Positions 9,616-19,740 of a DNA stretch of 64,000 nt are shown here, one piece after another. Under the pieces are notes generated by a model. That model searched no databases. It saw only the letters and a program-made list of their open reading frames with translations, and was not told where the DNA came from. Within the stretch, counting starts at the first letter, position 1. Every line of letters starts with the position of its first letter. Position numbers and translations under genes: made by a program. Source of the DNA: a virus; IMG/VR virus record IMGVR_UViG_3300028844_006574, positions 1 through 64,000 of that record; one strand, written 5' to 3'.

Positions 9616-10339
9616 CAAATTAAAAATACAAAAAGGTACAAGTTTTACTAACAACTTCCTAAACACTATAGGTAAGGTTGTTGAAGACTGTATCGTAAAC
9701 ATAACACCTAATCAATTGAATTCATTAGGTTCAACATCTGACGGTACATTAATACAATATGTTAGATTTAAAAATGAAAATGAGTTTGAAAAAACATTAA
9801 ACGTCCCGGATGTAAAACGTTTACATAAGATAATCAGTTGTATTAGTTCAGAGAGTTTTGAAATACAAACTGAAGAAAATTGTTTATCCTATAAATCACC
9901 GGAAACCAGGTTCAAATTCTATTTGTTAGATGATGGTATATTGAGCCCACCACCTATAAGTGTTGACAAGATAAAAAGCTTGGAATATGACTCTGAATTC
10001 ACGTTATCACATAGTAAATTACTAGAATTAGTCAAAGGAAGTACATTTTCTAATGAATCTGAAAAACTATACATATATACATCTGAAGGTTATATATATG
10101 GGGAATTAACAGACAGAGAGAAACCTAACATGGATAGTTTTTGTATCAGACTGACAGACGAACCACAAGATAATACATTTCAACCTCTAGCATTCAATTT
10201 CGAAAACATAAGAATCATTAGCAGTACTAGGTGCGAACAAATTAAATTTAGAGTTAACACTCAAATGAGCGTGATCCGAGTTGATATTGCCCTAGAAGAC
10301 TGCTATATAACATATATAGTATCAGCACTAATAAAATAA
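9608..10339 (+). CDS. gp45: DNA polymerase sliding clamp (gp45-like)
   Basis: 243 aa, PCNA/gp45-like alternating beta pattern, C-terminal YIVSAL, replication cluster. Confidence 0.75.
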   Translation: MSNKLKIQKGTSFTNNFLNTIGKVVEDCIVNITPNQLNSLGSTSDGTLIQYVRFKNENEFEKTLNVPDVKRLHKIISCISSESFEIQTEENCLSYKSPETRFKFYLLDDGILSPPPISVDKIKSLEYDSEFTLSHSKLLELVKGSTFSNESEKLYIYTSEGYIYGELTDREKPNMDSFCIRLTDEPQDNTFQPLAFNFENIRIISSTRCEQIKFRVNTQMSVIRVDIALEDCYITYIVSALIK

Positions 10340-10740
10340 TGGTCGCAACAAAAAACAATATATACACCCCTAGTTATTTCATGAAACGTATGAAAGATAA
10401 TGGTTATGGAATTTGGAAAATTTTTGACAAATATGGTCCACATGACAGTAGATATTGGACCATGTTGGTAGACCCGGGTGGTTACTCCGTTTGGGTAACC
10501 TGTTACTTGAATCGAGAAGAGCTGAAAGATGTATGTTTTGAAATAAATGATGGAGGGGTGAGGATACCTAGAAATTTTATAATAAAGACTGCAAGTGTAC
10601 AAACCTTTATAAACAATTTGTTACAGTTTGGTATTGAAAATAGTGAGACCTTTGATTCTTCGCTCATAGACATAAATAAGTACAATGACAGAGGACAAGC
10701 CAACCCCGCCCAAGAGGTCTTACAAGAAAAAACGAGTTAA
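10339..10740 (+). CDS. Hypothetical protein
   Basis: 133-aa ORF coupled to upstream stop. Confidence 0.7.
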   Translation: MVATKNNIYTPSYFMKRMKDNGYGIWKIFDKYGPHDSRYWTMLVDPGGYSVWVTCYLNREELKDVCFEINDGGVRIPRNFIIKTASVQTFINNLLQFGIENSETFDSSLIDINKYNDRGQANPAQEVLQEKTS

Positions 10741-11044
10741 GAAACCTCAAGAGCCTACCTTGTCTGAAGAACTAGATCCGTTGTTTGAAGATGCACTGAC
10801 AAAATTTCTCAAGACACACGCTGGTAAAAAAAATAAATCACTAAAAAATATAAAATCATTGGAGCATCTACTCTCGCAATTCCTTAACAGTTTTATATTG
10901 ATAGGGTATGCACAGGACACTAGAGAGTTTGTGAGTTTGGTCAATGCACGTGATGAACAGTCGGCCGACTCCTTGAGCGCTGCTCTAAACAAATTTATAT
11001 TAAACAACGTAAACAACGGACCTAAATACCCACCAATGTTATAA
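10685..11044 (+). CDS. Hypothetical late protein
   Basis: 119-aa ORF; TAAATA at 10673-10678, 6 nt before ATG. Confidence 0.7.
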   Translation: MTEDKPTPPKRSYKKKRVKKPQEPTLSEELDPLFEDALTKFLKTHAGKKNKSLKNIKSLEHLLSQFLNSFILIGYAQDTREFVSLVNARDEQSADSLSAALNKFILNNVNNGPKYPPML

Positions 11045-11050
11045 TACTAG

Positions 11051-11079
11051 TTGAAAATCTTCTAGTAGTATAATACTAT
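11051..11079 (+). promoter_or_regulatory. sigma70-like promoter TTGAAA-N17-TACTAT
   Basis: 17-nt spacer; ATG 5 nt downstream. Confidence 0.65.
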
Positions 11080-11084
11080 TACAT

Positions 11085-12038
11085 ATGGGTAAATTTAATA
11101 CAAACGTAGCGGTGTTCGGCACCGGTTTTGTTGGTACCGCATTACAAAAATTAAAGAAATTACATAACGTTGTTACATTTAATAAAAAGGAACATGAATA
11201 TCATGAACCTGATAAACTATTAAAATTATTAAATGATATTCGATGGAAACCGGATATTGTAATCAATGCATGTGGTTACACAGGTAGACCAAACGTAGAT
11301 GCATGTGAAGACGATAAAGCAAAATGCTGGGAACTGAATGTCAACTTACCTGTCACAATGGCTACTATGTGTAAAGCCCTTGATATCCCCTACATACACA
11401 TAAGTAGCGGGTGTATATACACGGGTTATGATAAAGAGTATAATGAACGAGACGAACCTAATTTTGGCCTAGTGTCTGAAGAGAGTAGCTGGTATAGTAA
11501 AACAAAACATGCAGCTGAAATCGCATTGAATAAAACCGATGCTCATATACTACGCATCCGGATGCCGTTTTGTGATCAAAATCATGAAAGAAACTTCCTA
11601 AACAAGGTACTTAAATACGATCAATTGATCGATTTCCCTAATTCCATGACCAGAATCGAAGACCTAGTCGTGTTTATTGACAAATTTATCACAAAAATTA
11701 AAAATGAATACAACACACTACCATGGAACCGATCAGTCAAACCGGGTATATATAATGTATGTAACCCGGGAGCTGTATCCATCAAGAACTGTGTCAAACT
11801 TTTTAAGAAAAACGGTATTGCTAACAGTAACTGGTCGTTTGTTGATATAAAACAGCTCGATTTGAAAGCCAATCGGTCAAACTGTGTGTTGAATTGCCAA
11901 AAAATTAAAAACCTAGACCTGGAACTACCACCTGTTGAAGAAAGTTTAGCTCAAAGTGTACAAAATCTTTGTAAATCACTATTATTCAAAACCGGTTTAC
12001 AAAGCCCTCAAGGTGGTCTCGAATGGCAGATAAAATAA
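11085..12038 (+). CDS. NDP-4-keto-6-deoxyhexose 3,5-epimerase/4-reductase (RmlD-like SDR, NRS/ER type; rhamnose synthesis)
   Basis: GTGFVG Rossmann motif, GYTGRPNVDACE, HISSGCIY, YSKTK (YxxxK), LRIRMP, PNSMT, NPG, RSN. Confidence 0.85.
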   Translation: MGKFNTNVAVFGTGFVGTALQKLKKLHNVVTFNKKEHEYHEPDKLLKLLNDIRWKPDIVINACGYTGRPNVDACEDDKAKCWELNVNLPVTMATMCKALDIPYIHISSGCIYTGYDKEYNERDEPNFGLVSEESSWYSKTKHAAEIALNKTDAHILRIRMPFCDQNHERNFLNKVLKYDQLIDFPNSMTRIEDLVVFIDKFITKIKNEYNTLPWNRSVKPGIYNVCNPGAVSIKNCVKLFKKNGIANSNWSFVDIKQLDLKANRSNCVLNCQKIKNLDLELPPVEESLAQSVQNLCKSLLFKTGLQSPQGGLEWQIK

Positions 12039-12286
12039 ATATCCAACCTGGTCAATTGTACGCTGTAACAACAGGTACGTACAAAGGATCCAACATGGTT
12101 GTTATAGACAGTGATAAGGAACATGTCAATTTTTTAGATCTACCAGACATGGTACCTAGAAACATACCGTATCTTGATGTACAAGAGGGGATCACAAACC
12201 AAATTATAGAGTTGCTAGAAACACTACCACAAGATATAATGAATACATGTGTAAAACAATATGAAAAAAACATTAGTAATAGATAG
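12023..12286 (+). CDS. Hypothetical protein
   Basis: 87-aa ORF in operon. Confidence 0.65.
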   Translation: MADKINIQPGQLYAVTTGTYKGSNMVVIDSDKEHVNFLDLPDMVPRNIPYLDVQEGITNQIIELLETLPQDIMNTCVKQYEKNISNR

Positions 12287-13169
12287 TAACAATTTGTTGT
12301 ATAGAATATTCTACATGAACCGCGCCAGGGGTACAGACGTGAATATGTTAAATGTATTTTTGACCTGTGTCAAATCTTATGCCAACTTGACAGGGGGTGT
12401 AGATAATATAATCGCTGTTTGGGACAGTAGATTGTGTAGAGGACAACCAAATTTTAGGCGTGTAGCCAAAGAAGCAGATTATAAAGGTAATAGAGACAAA
12501 ACCGGATTAGAAGAAGCACATGTATTGGATGAGCAGATACAGTCCGCAATTGAATGCTTAGGGGGTTTGAACATGTTTCCGTACCGAATGGAAGCAGATG
12601 ATGTAATAGCTTGGTTAACACACAATGTAACCGATCAAGAATTTACTATTGTCACAGTTGACAAAGACATGTATCAATTGATCAATGAAAATGTTTGTGT
12701 ATATACCCCTATCAAAAAAATGATGGTGAATAAAAACAATTTCGCGCAAGCCGCTGGTGTGAATCAAGATCAATTCTTGCAATACAAAGCGCTTGTAGGT
12801 GACAAATCTGACAACATACCTGGTATACCACGTGTAGGTCATAAAACAGCGCACAAAATACTCAAAACCGGTATAGAACAAACATTAACACCGGAACATC
12901 TAGAGATATACAAGAAAAACATTGAATTGATGGACCTATCATACGGTTACACAGTACATGAAGGAGAAACTGACAGTTATCAAGAACAGTACTCTAAAAT
13001 AACCGAATGTAAAGCAGATAAATCCAAGCTCAAACAAATACTTATACATAATGCAGTGTATAACATAGCAAACAATATAGATAATTGGTTTGAACTATTT
13101 GAATCTGGTGGAAATAATGTTCCAAACGTTGTAAACCTGATTAAATCATTAAATATTTCTAACACATGA
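12261..13169 (+). CDS. rnh: 5'-3' exonuclease / T4 RNase H-like flap nuclease
   Basis: LVIDSNN, YKGNR, EADD, DKD, GDKSDNIPG..VGHKTA (H3TH). Confidence 0.93.
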   Translation: MKKTLVIDSNNLLYRIFYMNRARGTDVNMLNVFLTCVKSYANLTGGVDNIIAVWDSRLCRGQPNFRRVAKEADYKGNRDKTGLEEAHVLDEQIQSAIECLGGLNMFPYRMEADDVIAWLTHNVTDQEFTIVTVDKDMYQLINENVCVYTPIKKMMVNKNNFAQAAGVNQDQFLQYKALVGDKSDNIPGIPRVGHKTAHKILKTGIEQTLTPEHLEIYKKNIELMDLSYGYTVHEGETDSYQEQYSKITECKADKSKLKQILIHNAVYNIANNIDNWFELFESGGNNVPNVVNLIKSLNISNT

Positions 13170-13363
13170 ACAAAAAAGTACAGTATAATGATAAAGTAGA
13201 ACCTAGAATTATAAATTCACCCTATGATGGTACACCCGTAAAACCTAAGCTGATAACAAAACAGATGAACGGTATGCAAATAACAGAAGCACATTGGTAC
13301 TGCCCCACCACCGGAAAGTTTATAAGAAAAGGCACTGTCGAAATCAAAGAAATAAAAAAATAA
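13166..13363 (+). CDS. Small hypothetical protein
   Basis: 65 aa, overlaps rnh stop, SPYDG...WYCPTTG. Confidence 0.7.
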   Translation: MNKKVQYNDKVEPRIINSPYDGTPVKPKLITKQMNGMQITEAHWYCPTTGKFIRKGTVEIKEIKK

Positions 13364-13368
13364 CATCA

Positions 13369-13397
13369 TTGAAATGTAATATAAGGTATCTTATAAT
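13369..13397 (+). promoter_or_regulatory. sigma70-like promoter TTGAAA-N17-TATAAT
   Basis: Near-consensus; primase ATG 6 nt downstream. Confidence 0.8.
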
Positions 13398-13403
13398 ATA
13401 ATC

Positions 13404-14447
13404 ATGGTTATATTACCTGATCAGTATGTTATAGAAAAGTTTTGTCAATATGGTGGTTACCCCAAGTATAACAAACGTGCAAATGCATGGATGGCTGGTT
13501 GTCCTATATGTAGAGAAGGAACTAGTTGGGGTAAAAAACGTAGATTATACTACAAATTAGATAAAAATTATATTTTCTGCTTCAATTGCGGGTGGAAAAG
13601 TAATTCGTTGAATTATATAAAACATGTCACCGGCATGACGTTCAGTGAAATCACCGCCGAATCTGGTGAATACACTACCGATAATGTTATTGAACAATTA
13701 GAACAAGACAAACCAACAAGACATTTAGAAACTCCACCGTTACCGGACGATTCTATCAATTTGTTTGAGCAAAACCAAATTAGATACTGGTTGACCACCG
13801 GAACACCGGCCGAGAAAAAAGTTGTTTCAGACACGGTGTCACTTTTGAAACGTAGAAACCTGTACAACGCTATCAACAAACCAAAAACTTTGTGGCTGAG
13901 CCTGACAGATTACGTACATAAGAATAGAATAACAATACCATTCTACAATACTGACAACAAGATCGTCTTCTATCAAACAAGATCAGTTTACGCAAAGGAT
14001 AACCCTAAATATCTGAGCAAAGCGGGTGGTGGTAAAACCATATTCAATATAAATCAAGTAGACCCAAATTTAAACAGTGTGTTTTTGTTTGAAGGCCCGA
14101 TAGATAGCTGCTTTGTAAAAAATGGTCTGGCTGTTGCAGGTATAACAAATGGGCCCGGTGAAGATCTAACCAATTTACAAACCAAACAACTAGAAGATCT
14201 ACGCCTGTATCAAAAAATATGGGTACTAGACTCTCAATGGTTGGATAAAACTAGTCTAGACAAGACTAGACTGTTAGTGGATCAGGGACATACAGTGTTC
14301 ATTTGGCCGGAAAATTTAGGTAAACAGTACAAAGACTTGAACGACCTGTGCATAGATATAGACAAACCCGGGATCGGTTACAAATTTATAGAAAAAAATA
14401 GTTTCACCGGGTTAAAAGCGAAGCTATTACTCAAAAATATAAATTAG
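13404..14447 (+). CDS. gp61: DNA primase (T4 gp61)
   Basis: CPIC...CFNC Zn finger, IPFY, EGPIDS TOPRIM, KDLND. Confidence 0.93.
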   Translation: MVILPDQYVIEKFCQYGGYPKYNKRANAWMAGCPICREGTSWGKKRRLYYKLDKNYIFCFNCGWKSNSLNYIKHVTGMTFSEITAESGEYTTDNVIEQLEQDKPTRHLETPPLPDDSINLFEQNQIRYWLTTGTPAEKKVVSDTVSLLKRRNLYNAINKPKTLWLSLTDYVHKNRITIPFYNTDNKIVFYQTRSVYAKDNPKYLSKAGGGKTIFNINQVDPNLNSVFLFEGPIDSCFVKNGLAVAGITNGPGEDLTNLQTKQLEDLRLYQKIWVLDSQWLDKTSLDKTRLLVDQGHTVFIWPENLGKQYKDLNDLCIDIDKPGIGYKFIEKNSFTGLKAKLLLKNIN

Positions 14448-14881
14448 TCGTTTGATATTAAATAGCTTTTTAAACTTTCAGATAAACTTCTAAGATCTTG
14501 TGCGATCCTCCCAATCTTTTTAGTTTCACTACGAGCTATATCATCAAAAATTGTGTCACATGGCGCGTTGTTGATCTGAGAGTTGAGAGATTCACCATCT
14601 AAACCGTTCAAATAATTGATAAAGTCTTCTATTTTAACAACCCAACCTTCGATCTGCCCGGCAAACTGAACATTCTGTTGTTTTTTCAGCTCATCCGCTG
14701 GATTACCTCCACCAACGCTCGGATCTACACCCGCCGGAGCTACATCTGGGCCAGGTTCAACATCCAACATAGCTGGATCTGTTCCCCCATCTAGTTCACC
14801 TGCTGCTGCTTCTGCATCTGAAACAGGCGCTTCATCAGCTTCTTGTAAAATTTTGAAAAATCGCTCAGTAAATGTCTTCAT
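14444..14881 (-). CDS. Hypothetical late protein, possible internal head protein
   Basis: N-terminus MKTFTERFFKILQE resembles T4 capsid-targeting sequence; late motif at 14891-14896. Confidence 0.7.
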   Translation of the reverse strand: MKTFTERFFKILQEADEAPVSDAEAAAGELDGGTDPAMLDVEPGPDVAPAGVDPSVGGGNPADELKKQQNVQFAGQIEGWVVKIEDFINYLNGLDGESLNSQINNAPCDTIFDDIARSETKKIGRIAQDLRSLSESLKSYLISND

Positions 14882-14890
14882 ATTGATAAT

Positions 14891-14912
14891 TATTTATGTC
14901 GCGCTATAAATA
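14891..14912. promoter_or_regulatory. Divergent pair of T4-type late promoters
   Basis: TATTTA 14891-14896 (minus-strand TAAATA) and TATAAATA 14905-14912 between divergent ORFs. Confidence 0.75.
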
Positions 14913-14919
14913 ATATAAG

Positions 14920-15318
14920 ATGGAACCACAAGAAAAAAATAATCAAGAGCCGGAAGACCTAGTATTTGAAGATTTAGTCAATTATGGTAACGACTATACG
15001 TACGGAGCTACTAGTGCCGGTCGTAATGCAGGTGCAAATAAATTAACAGTGTTAGATTTGTTAAGAATGAATGCAGATGATAACAGTGATGCCCCAAACA
15101 TACTACCGCACCAGATGAGCACATTTGTAGACAATCTAGGTGATATATATATCAAGCTTGTTGAAGTACAGCAGATGGTTTCACAAGCATACAAATCTAG
15201 TATAACAAAAGACACAAAAAAAATTAAAAAAGGTCTGATTAAAATCAATAAAAATTTACAAAATCAAAAAAAATTAATCAAAGACTGTGGTAAATTAATA
15301 GATAAGTTGAGTCATTAA
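14920..15318 (+). CDS. Hypothetical protein
   Basis: 132-aa ORF after TATAAATA. Confidence 0.7.
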   Translation: MEPQEKNNQEPEDLVFEDLVNYGNDYTYGATSAGRNAGANKLTVLDLLRMNADDNSDAPNILPHQMSTFVDNLGDIYIKLVEVQQMVSQAYKSSITKDTKKIKKGLIKINKNLQNQKKLIKDCGKLIDKLSH

Positions 15319-15339
15319 TATTTTATCATAAATAATGAT

Positions 15340-15792
15340 GTGTTTGAAGTATTTAAATCATTATTAATTGTAACAACCATTTCTGCTGGTATAGCTGGTG
15401 TAGGTTATACCACGCTCGGAGCTGATTTTATAGGTATATTTGTAATATCTATAGTGATACAACTTGCATTAGGTTGGTTTGTAAGATCATACAATGAATC
15501 ATCAGAACGTAGATTACTACTTGAACAACAATCAAAACTAATCACACAAATAGACCAAGAAGCTAATGAAGCCCCATGCGCATACTGCGGAACAGTTAAC
15601 TTAATACCAATCCTCCCCGGATCAAATAATGACTTTGATTGTATAGAGTGCGAAAAACCGAACAGTGTGTATGTAAACATAACTGTAGCTCAAAAAACAG
15701 TACCAATAGACGCGCAACCATACGAAATAACAAATTTTAACGAGAATTTACAATCTGCGAAAGATAAAGTATTATCTAATGAGCCATCTTGA
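15340..15792 (+). CDS. Membrane protein with two TM segments and a CxxC...CxxC Zn ribbon
   Basis: Two hydrophobic N-terminal segments; CAYC and CIEC; GTG start 5 nt after TAAATA. Confidence 0.75.
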   Translation: MFEVFKSLLIVTTISAGIAGVGYTTLGADFIGIFVISIVIQLALGWFVRSYNESSERRLLLEQQSKLITQIDQEANEAPCAYCGTVNLIPILPGSNNDFDCIECEKPNSVYVNITVAQKTVPIDAQPYEITNFNENLQSAKDKVLSNEPS

Positions 15793-16189
15793 AGACCGGA
15801 CAACAATCATCCCATCTAGCAAGTTCAATCCACATAAGGACGTGGTAGAAGAGTTAGATATTAATGATATTGAAAATAATAACGATAAGTTCTGGGAGCA
15901 GCAAAGTGTAAATTTACATAAATGTTATAAACAAGGACAAGCCTACGCTAATAATAGTAATAAAAAAACATCTATAGACTTATTACAAGACATGTTCAAG
16001 CTGCTCAAACAACAGTACAAGAATTGTTCAGAAAATGAACAACATTTTGAAAATATATTTAATCAACTGAATAGTAACTTACAGTTAGTAGAAGATTTAG
16101 GTAACACTGTTGACAAAAACTGTATATTATCTATAATACAAGGATATACCTTAGGGTGTTTGAAGCGATATGAAAAACAACAAGACTGA
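15779..16189 (+). CDS. Hypothetical protein
   Basis: 136-aa ORF overlapping neighbours. Confidence 0.65.
   Translation: MSHLEDRTTIIPSSKFNPHKDVVEELDINDIENNNDKFWEQQSVNLHKCYKQGQAYANNSNKKTSIDLLQDMFKLLKQQYKNCSENEQHFENIFNQLNSNLQLVEDLGNTVDKNCILSIIQGYTLGCLKRYEKQQD
16110..16137 (+). promoter_or_regulatory. Internal sigma70 consensus promoter TTGACA-N16-TATAAT
   Basis: Perfect hexamers inside the upstream CDS, ahead of the 16170 ORF. Confidence 0.55.
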
Positions 16190-16445
16190 TTTAAATTTTA
16201 AAAATAAACGCGGTGAAGATATATCGATGTCTGAAGATGAAGTAGCTAGATGGTGTTGCTTGGTTGAGGCAGTAGATATAATTGACAAAAAAGGTGAACA
16301 AATAGGGGTAGATCTCACAAAAAATAATTGGGTAAAACCAATAGCCATACAAAAATACATAGACGAACGGTACGACACAATGGTAGAAGAGATAGAACAC
16401 GAGAAGCAAAACTTACCAGTGACCATATCATGCCAACATACATAG
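16170..16445 (+). CDS. Hypothetical protein
   Basis: 91-aa ORF. Confidence 0.7.
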   Translation: MKNNKTDLNFKNKRGEDISMSEDEVARWCCLVEAVDIIDKKGEQIGVDLTKNNWVKPIAIQKYIDERYDTMVEEIEHEKQNLPVTISCQHT

Positions 16446-16882
16446 TAGGTACAATTATCTCCACCAAAAACTCGGACCGCCCGGCGTTTGACCCATTAGC
16501 ACCATCAGCAGCCATGCAACCGCAGCAAAGACCACGCGCTAGTTGGTTACCAGTGGATGTAGAATGGATTTTGGGACGTATCAGCCAAACACCCGGTGAA
16601 AAAACCTATGATTACATGTTTTATGCCGCGGGTAATCCTCAACGAACACACACGACAACATTTGAGACAATGGTTCAAGCAGATGAAGCGATCGCTCGTT
16701 TGAGAAATGAAAAACTAACCGCGCCTATGACAGAAGAAGATCGTCAAAAAGTTGATGCTGATAAAAAGTTTGACCAAGTATCAGATAAATTAGCTCAACG
16801 TGAAGGTTTGAACAGAAGACAAGCTGCAGACCCTAGGAGAGGTGGTCGCCCTGGAAACATGGGGCGTAAATTCGGTCGTTAA
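16430..16882 (+). CDS. Hypothetical protein (start corrected to ATG 16430)
   Basis: In-frame ATG gives MPTYIVG... with short overlap rather than 118-nt overlap. Confidence 0.65.
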   Translation: MPTYIVGTIISTKNSDRPAFDPLAPSAAMQPQQRPRASWLPVDVEWILGRISQTPGEKTYDYMFYAAGNPQRTHTTTFETMVQADEAIARLRNEKLTAPMTEEDRQKVDADKKFDQVSDKLAQREGLNRRQAADPRRGGRPGNMGRKFGR

Positions 16883-17685
16883 TAATAATCTCCATATACA
16901 GCGTCACCACCGCCGTAGTCACCATAATCAAAAATTTCTTTTGGTCTAATAGTTGACCATGTATCCGCATTTTGCATGTACGGGTCATAGATGGAATCCT
17001 CATCAACCATACGCTGACCACCTTCTGGCTCCACATTTTGCTCGAAACTATAATCATGTCGCTTACCTTTGAGCATCCAGATGTAATGACCTAACAATGG
17101 GTTCATCTTAGCTTGTATATCCTGGTCGATACGTTGCGTGACTTCATATACATTACCTTTTCTTGGATAAACACGGTCATTACCGTACTCTTCCAAACGA
17201 AATATATCACCAGCATTGGGTTCTATACCACTTGTGTCGGTCCATGGGTTACCGGTACCACCCATCGCCTCATAGAATGTTTCTATATGTATAAATATAG
17301 TGATATCATCATCACTTTGTAAACCAAATTGTTGAAGTGTCAATGAATTTTCGTTCAATTCCATGTAAACAACAAGATCTATAGGTGCACCAAACGTTTG
17401 AGTGCTAGACTCACCGTACAACGGGTCGTAATCTGATAAATCTGTACTAGCACGTTGATATTTGATACCTGTACCAAACTGACATATCTGTTCTTTGTAC
17501 CAGCCGCTGTACAACTGGCGTTCACCCGCGTTACTATCTTTGTCTAGATAGCGAACACAACCGTCTTCATACTTGAACAAATTGTTCAACCCCTCTGGGA
17601 CACCCTGAGTCAAGCCCTGGTTACAAGGTCGTTCGATATTGAACGGTGTACCGCAAAACTTGGAATTATGTGGCCCGGGATTCAT
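16879..17685 (-). CDS. gp14: Neck / head-closure protein (T4 gp14-like)
   Basis: DPLYGE, QQFGLQSDD, PNAGDI, YEVT, LGHYIW.L motifs. Confidence 0.85.
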   Translation of the reverse strand: MNPGPHNSKFCGTPFNIERPCNQGLTQGVPEGLNNLFKYEDGCVRYLDKDSNAGERQLYSGWYKEQICQFGTGIKYQRASTDLSDYDPLYGESSTQTFGAPIDLVVYMELNENSLTLQQFGLQSDDDITIFIHIETFYEAMGGTGNPWTDTSGIEPNAGDIFRLEEYGNDRVYPRKGNVYEVTQRIDQDIQAKMNPLLGHYIWMLKGKRHDYSFEQNVEPEGGQRMVDEDSIYDPYMQNADTWSTIRPKEIFDYGDYGGGDAVYGDYY

Positions 17686-18029
17686 TTTTCAGCTACAAAA
17701 TTGTTTATAGTCTCGTCCCAGTATATCTTGATACCAGTTTTACCTAAAAATTTAGGGTTTGTTTTGGATAGATTACGAAGATCGTATTTAGGTATCATGT
17801 ATTTCAAGTCAGCTGCTGTGACAATCTCTTTACCATTGGGTTTGTCCCTCAATTTCTCGATTTTTGAGTTCAATGTAGGGTCCACCTTGTCTCGGTCTGG
17901 AACCAAGTTCTGACTACCCTGTCTCCATGGAGTCGCACCCATTCTAGCCGATTGTTGGCGAGTGGTGGTCTTCCCAACAACTTGTTTAGCTGTGTTGAAA
18001 TAGGTTTCAAACAATCTATCGAACTTCAC
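17682..18029 (-). CDS. Hypothetical late protein (start corrected to GTG 18029, MKFDRLFE...)
   Basis: TATAAATA (minus, 18035-18042) + atgat + GTG, same arrangement as at 15329-15340. Confidence 0.65.
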   Translation of the reverse strand: MKFDRLFETYFNTAKQVVGKTTTRQQSARMGATPWRQGSQNLVPDRDKVDPTLNSKIEKLRDKPNGKEIVTAADLKYMIPKYDLRNLSKTNPKFLGKTGIKIYWDETINNFVAEK

Positions 18030-18046
18030 ATCATTATTTATACAAA

Positions 18047-19732
18047 TCAATTGAGTCTGGACCAGCCTTGCTGCTCTAAATCAGCAATTTCTGACTCGAT
18101 ATAAGATGCTTCACCGAAAAGCATGGGATTAGCATCCACCATCTCTCCAGATTTTTGATTCGTGTACATGCTCAATGGATTTATAAACTCTTTGATACCA
18201 TAATCCAATTCTCTAAGCTTCAATGGCCGCTCATTATCATCATATTGCTCAATCTCAAAGTATTGTTCAACGACCGAGTTTTCCAACACAATCAACCCCC
18301 AAATAAAACTCATCACCCGGTCATCAAAATAATTACCTTCCCTAGCTTTCCAGGTACCATTGGGATATCTAACAAAATTCTTCAATTCATGAACAAGAGC
18401 TTTGTCAAATATAGTAACACTCTTGAGTTGAGTCAGCCAATATCTCATGTTAACCACACCTTTAAATTTTGTATTGGTATGAGCAACTACACCCAGCCGT
18501 TCAGCTGTTCTACCCTTGATTGTTGGTGAGAAGCTCACAATGTTTCGATATCCAAACTCATTTGCTAAATTATCTACCACTTGTGCCCCACAATTGTTAC
18601 GCTCTATGGCAGCTAGCGGGCTACCCCAATGTTGTAATATTTCATACACCTTTTTAGTAAATAAATAAGGGCTTATTGTATTATCGTGATAAACAGCCAC
18701 TTGTTTGATGTTACTCAAATGTGTTATATCTAATATTTGTAAACAACTAGCGTCTAGATTCACACCCTCACTAACATCAACTCCCGCTACATATATATTG
18801 TCTGGATTAGGTTCTTCCCATAACAAATATTTTCCATCATCAAACACAAATTGTGGGTCATGGCACGTGTTTTTCATGGTTTCATACAATTCATCATCAA
18901 TTGTACTCTCACCGGTCTGTAAAAATTGACAACCAAACTCTTGATCAAACGCTTCTTGACTACCCATGTTGCGTATCTGCTCTTGTTTCCACTCCTCGTC
19001 TCTCCCCGGGACCTCCCACCAGTCTATTCTACCGGATTCCCATCCATTGCTTTTGTTTATAGCTCCAGTGTACAGTTTATGAAACAAATTTTCTGTACCA
19101 TTGGGCGTGCTACTGATGAAAATCTTACTCTTTTTAAAACTACTAATGATTGGATACACACTTTTCCAAAACTCTTCTACTAGATTGTTGTCAATAAACG
19201 CGAGCTCGTCCAGTATCAACACGTTACAACTTTGACCACGAGCAGCAGTACCAGTGGTGGTGCTGATACCTATTGTTGTACCATTTCCTAATGTCATGCT
19301 GGTTTTTCCATACTCGGTCACACCTGGCTTCAACCAGTTGGGTAACTCTTCATAAGCCATTCTGATACGTTTGAATATTTCGATAGCGGTACCTTCTTTA
19401 TTGGCCACTACCAGTATGCGTTGATCGTCATTGAAACACGCGTTCCACAACGCATAAACTGTCATCAGAGTGGTTTTACCCACCTGTCTACTTGCTAATA
19501 GTATGTAGAACCTATTATCTCTCATCTGCCGTATCACTTTTCGCTGGTAGTTGTGTAATTTGATAGGATGTCTACCTTTTTCGCTTATGATGTAGAAAAA
19601 ATTCTCCGCGAAATGTAAAATGTTCTTCTTACTCTTGCGTAAATCCGCCAACATCTGTGGCGTCCACTCGAACTCTGCATCTGGAGTTGGTAAGTTTTGA
19701 TTACCTAGGTAAAACTGTGATTTTTTATTCAA
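18047..19732 (-). CDS. gp17: Terminase large subunit (T4 gp17)
   Basis: YLGNQNL, SRQVGKT, LILDELAF, SSTPNG, QEFGCQF, GVDVSEG, DDRVM; TTG start at 19732 lies 8 nt after TATAAATA. Confidence 0.96.
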   Translation of the reverse strand: MNKKSQFYLGNQNLPTPDAEFEWTPQMLADLRKSKKNILHFAENFFYIISEKGRHPIKLHNYQRKVIRQMRDNRFYILLASRQVGKTTLMTVYALWNACFNDDQRILVVANKEGTAIEIFKRIRMAYEELPNWLKPGVTEYGKTSMTLGNGTTIGISTTTGTAARGQSCNVLILDELAFIDNNLVEEFWKSVYPIISSFKKSKIFISSTPNGTENLFHKLYTGAINKSNGWESGRIDWWEVPGRDEEWKQEQIRNMGSQEAFDQEFGCQFLQTGESTIDDELYETMKNTCHDPQFVFDDGKYLLWEEPNPDNIYVAGVDVSEGVNLDASCLQILDITHLSNIKQVAVYHDNTISPYLFTKKVYEILQHWGSPLAAIERNNCGAQVVDNLANEFGYRNIVSFSPTIKGRTAERLGVVAHTNTKFKGVVNMRYWLTQLKSVTIFDKALVHELKNFVRYPNGTWKAREGNYFDDRVMSFIWGLIVLENSVVEQYFEIEQYDDNERPLKLRELDYGIKEFINPLSMYTNQKSGEMVDANPMLFGEASYIESEIADLEQQGWSRLN

Positions 19733-19740
19733 TGTACATG

